A stretch of 60,396 nt of DNA from Burkholderia sp. GTDB taxonomy: Bacteria > Pseudomonadota > Gammaproteobacteria > Burkholderiales > Burkholderiaceae. A program made the position numbers and the translations under genes. The notes beneath the pieces were generated by a model that was given only the letters and a program-made list of their open reading frames with translations, was not told where the DNA came from and did not search any database. Every line of letters begins with the position of its first letter. Positions within the stretch are counted from its first letter, which is position 1. The stretch lies in assembly GCA_040946865.1 (NCBI GenBank), contig JAYFSB010000001.1:1-60396 (forward strand), given 5' to 3'. Positions 58,840 to 60,396 of this stretch are shown here, one piece after another.

Positions 58840-59115
58840 GGCAGCCTCAAAGCCAGATTGTAACACCTACCGAGAGGGTATTGTGTTGCGATGAGAACCT
58901 ACAAACACCTGAGTTGTGAAGAGCGCACGATGGTCCAGCTGAGCCTTGAGCAGGGACGGGAGATGGCCAGGCATGAGCAGCTCTGCGAGACCACCGGCAT
59001 CAAGGTCTACTTCGCTGGTCCGCATAGCCCTTGGCAGCGCGGACGCAACGAGAACACCAACGGGCTGTTGCACCAGTACATGCCCAAGGATACGGATCTG
59101 GCCGTGTTCTCCCAG
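58840..59115 (+). mobile_element. IS30-family insertion sequence remnant (left end plus internally deleted transposase)
   Basis: GGCAGCCTCAAAGCCAGATTGTAACACC (58840-58867) resembles betaproteobacterial IS30-family termini and lies 23 nt upstream of an IS30-like transposase start. No right IR seen. Confidence 0.75.
58891..59115 (+). pseudogene. IS30-family transposase pseudogene (internal deletion and 3' truncation)
   Basis: The N-terminal HTH start MRTYKHLSCEER is joined directly to the late DDE segment QGREMARH...VYFAGPHSPWQRGRNENTNGLLHQYMPKDTDLAVFSQ; most of the protein is missing. Confidence 0.88.
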
Positions 59116-59372
59116 CCCAAGCTCTTGCACGGGTGGGCGTTCCCGGTGCGCTCCAGCCATTTTCAACGAGGCGAGTTGATGCGTTTCTTTCCCGGTACAT
59201 GCAACTTCGGCCCCTGGCTGTCGGCCACGGTACTCGATGAAGATGGTCTGGCCCTGACGATCGACGAGTTCGAGGCGGCTCGAGTAAAAGCTCACCGGCA
59301 ACAACTCGACCCTGCTGGATATGGTTCCCGCCGACATACGTCGCTACTTGCTGGGCGACGCGAGATCGGCTG

Positions 59373-59795
59373 GTGGCTGATCTCGCGCTGTCGGTGCGGG
59401 CGGCCGCGGAACTGATCCGCTACGACAGCCCCGACCAGATCGCGTTCCGGATCGCCTCGGGCAAGGTGGCAGCCTGGCTCAACGGTTCCGGCAATCGGTA
59501 CGAGATGATCCACGAACGGGCAAATCATCAGCTGGATTTCGATCGTCCTAAACGCCGACCATTGTCGTTCGGCTCCGCCGAGCCTCATGCCGGTGTCGGC
59601 GTGGTACTGGCGAGAATCCAGTTCATCGGTTTTCTTGACGGCATGCGTCCCTGGCTGGCTCGGGCTGGATATCGACGCGTCGACGGCAGCAGCCAGCCAG
59701 CACGATCTTCTGAGGCGACGCGACGTGCTCGCCGAATTCTTCTCATCAGGTTTTCCCTGAAAGCAAGACCAACATTACTTGATTCAGGAGAATGA
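59373..59795 (+). other. Unassigned open frame or gene fragment between the two IS remnants
   Basis: 140-codon open frame (ADLALSVRAAAELIRYDSPDQIAFRIASGKVAAWLNG...) with no recognisable motif or clear RBS; may be a decayed gene. Confidence 0.2.
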
Positions 59796-59830
59796 AATAA
59801 ACGCGTCTCACCCGCGCATGTGAGAGCAGA

Positions 59831-60396
59831 AGAAGGGGTGGATCCTCACGGGCCAACGGCATCGATATGCCCAAGTGGAAAATGCACGCATTTCCCGGCA
59901 ACCGGAGGATCCGCGATGGACAGTATGGCAGTAGGCGTAGACATCGCCAAGAACGTGTTTCAGTTGCATTACGTTGATCTGGCGACAGGAGAGATCGTGA
60001 ACAAGCCGATCAAGCGCGCGCAGTTCCTCGAGTATTTCGCGAACCGTGCGTGCTGCCTGATCGGAATGGAAACGTGTGGTGGAGCCCATCACTGGGCGAG
60101 GCAACTGAGGCAGATGGGTCACGCGGTTCGGCTGATACCGGCGGAGTTCGTAAAGGCGTTCAACATTCGCAACAAGAGTGATGCCGCCGATGCGCGGGCG
60201 ATCTGGCTGGCAGTACAGCAACCTGGCAAGCCGGTAGCGATCAAGACCGAGATGCAACGGTGATGCTGGCGCCGCACCGAATGCGCGAGCCATTGGTGAA
60301 GTTCCGCGCGATGCAGATCAATGGACTGCGCGGGTCGCTGACTGAATACGGTGAGGTGATGAGCAAGGGCCGAGCGAAGCTGAACGAGGAGATACC
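59831..60396 (+). mobile_element. IS110-family (IS1111-like) insertion sequence, left part, running off the window
   Basis: Sub-terminal inverted repeat GTGGATCCTC (59838-59847) with an internal partner GAGGATCCGC (59905-59914) just before the transposase ATG, as in IS1111-group left ends. The exact left end is estimated. Confidence 0.75.
59916..60396 (+). pseudogene. IS110-family transposase (DEDD RuvC-like), frameshifted, 3'-partial
   Basis: GVDIAKNVFQLH, GMETCGGAHHWAR, NKSDAADARAI. Stop at 60261-60263 after KTEMQR; homology continues in the -1 frame (VMLAPHRMREPLVKFRAMQINGLRGSLTEYGEV). Confidence 0.92.

Overview
Nearly the whole window (about 72-58,690) is the 3' part of one + strand, tightly packed trans-AT polyketide synthase (PKS) cluster from a high-GC bacterium with Burkholderiales-like style. 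Gene order: 5'-truncated PKS (ACP-KS), a 6,715-aa PKS, a 1,284-aa PKS (KS-KR-ACP-ACP, no thioesterase), a discrete malonyl acyltransferase, a PfaD-type trans-enoylreductase, an 8,857-aa PKS carrying the GNAT-like loading module, an NTF2/SnoaL-like protein, a MATE exporter and an acyl-hydrolase-type AT. The cluster ends in IS debris: an internally deleted IS30 remnant and a frameshifted IS110/IS1111 transposase. Gene order and module chemistry fit, by inference from my recollection of those structures, the lagriamide/bistramide (lga-type) architecture. The most notable points are a bare KS-ACP module that looks as if it lost a DH-KR-cMT block (possible new congener), a serine-less ACP-like insert inside a KS flanking subdomain, a KS0-to-KS junction with no ACP between, an apparently identical 1.5-kb KS repeat, and no thioesterase. 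The leading 71-nt poly-C is most likely a sequencing artefact. Domain boundaries were read by eye and are approximate; no database searches were run.
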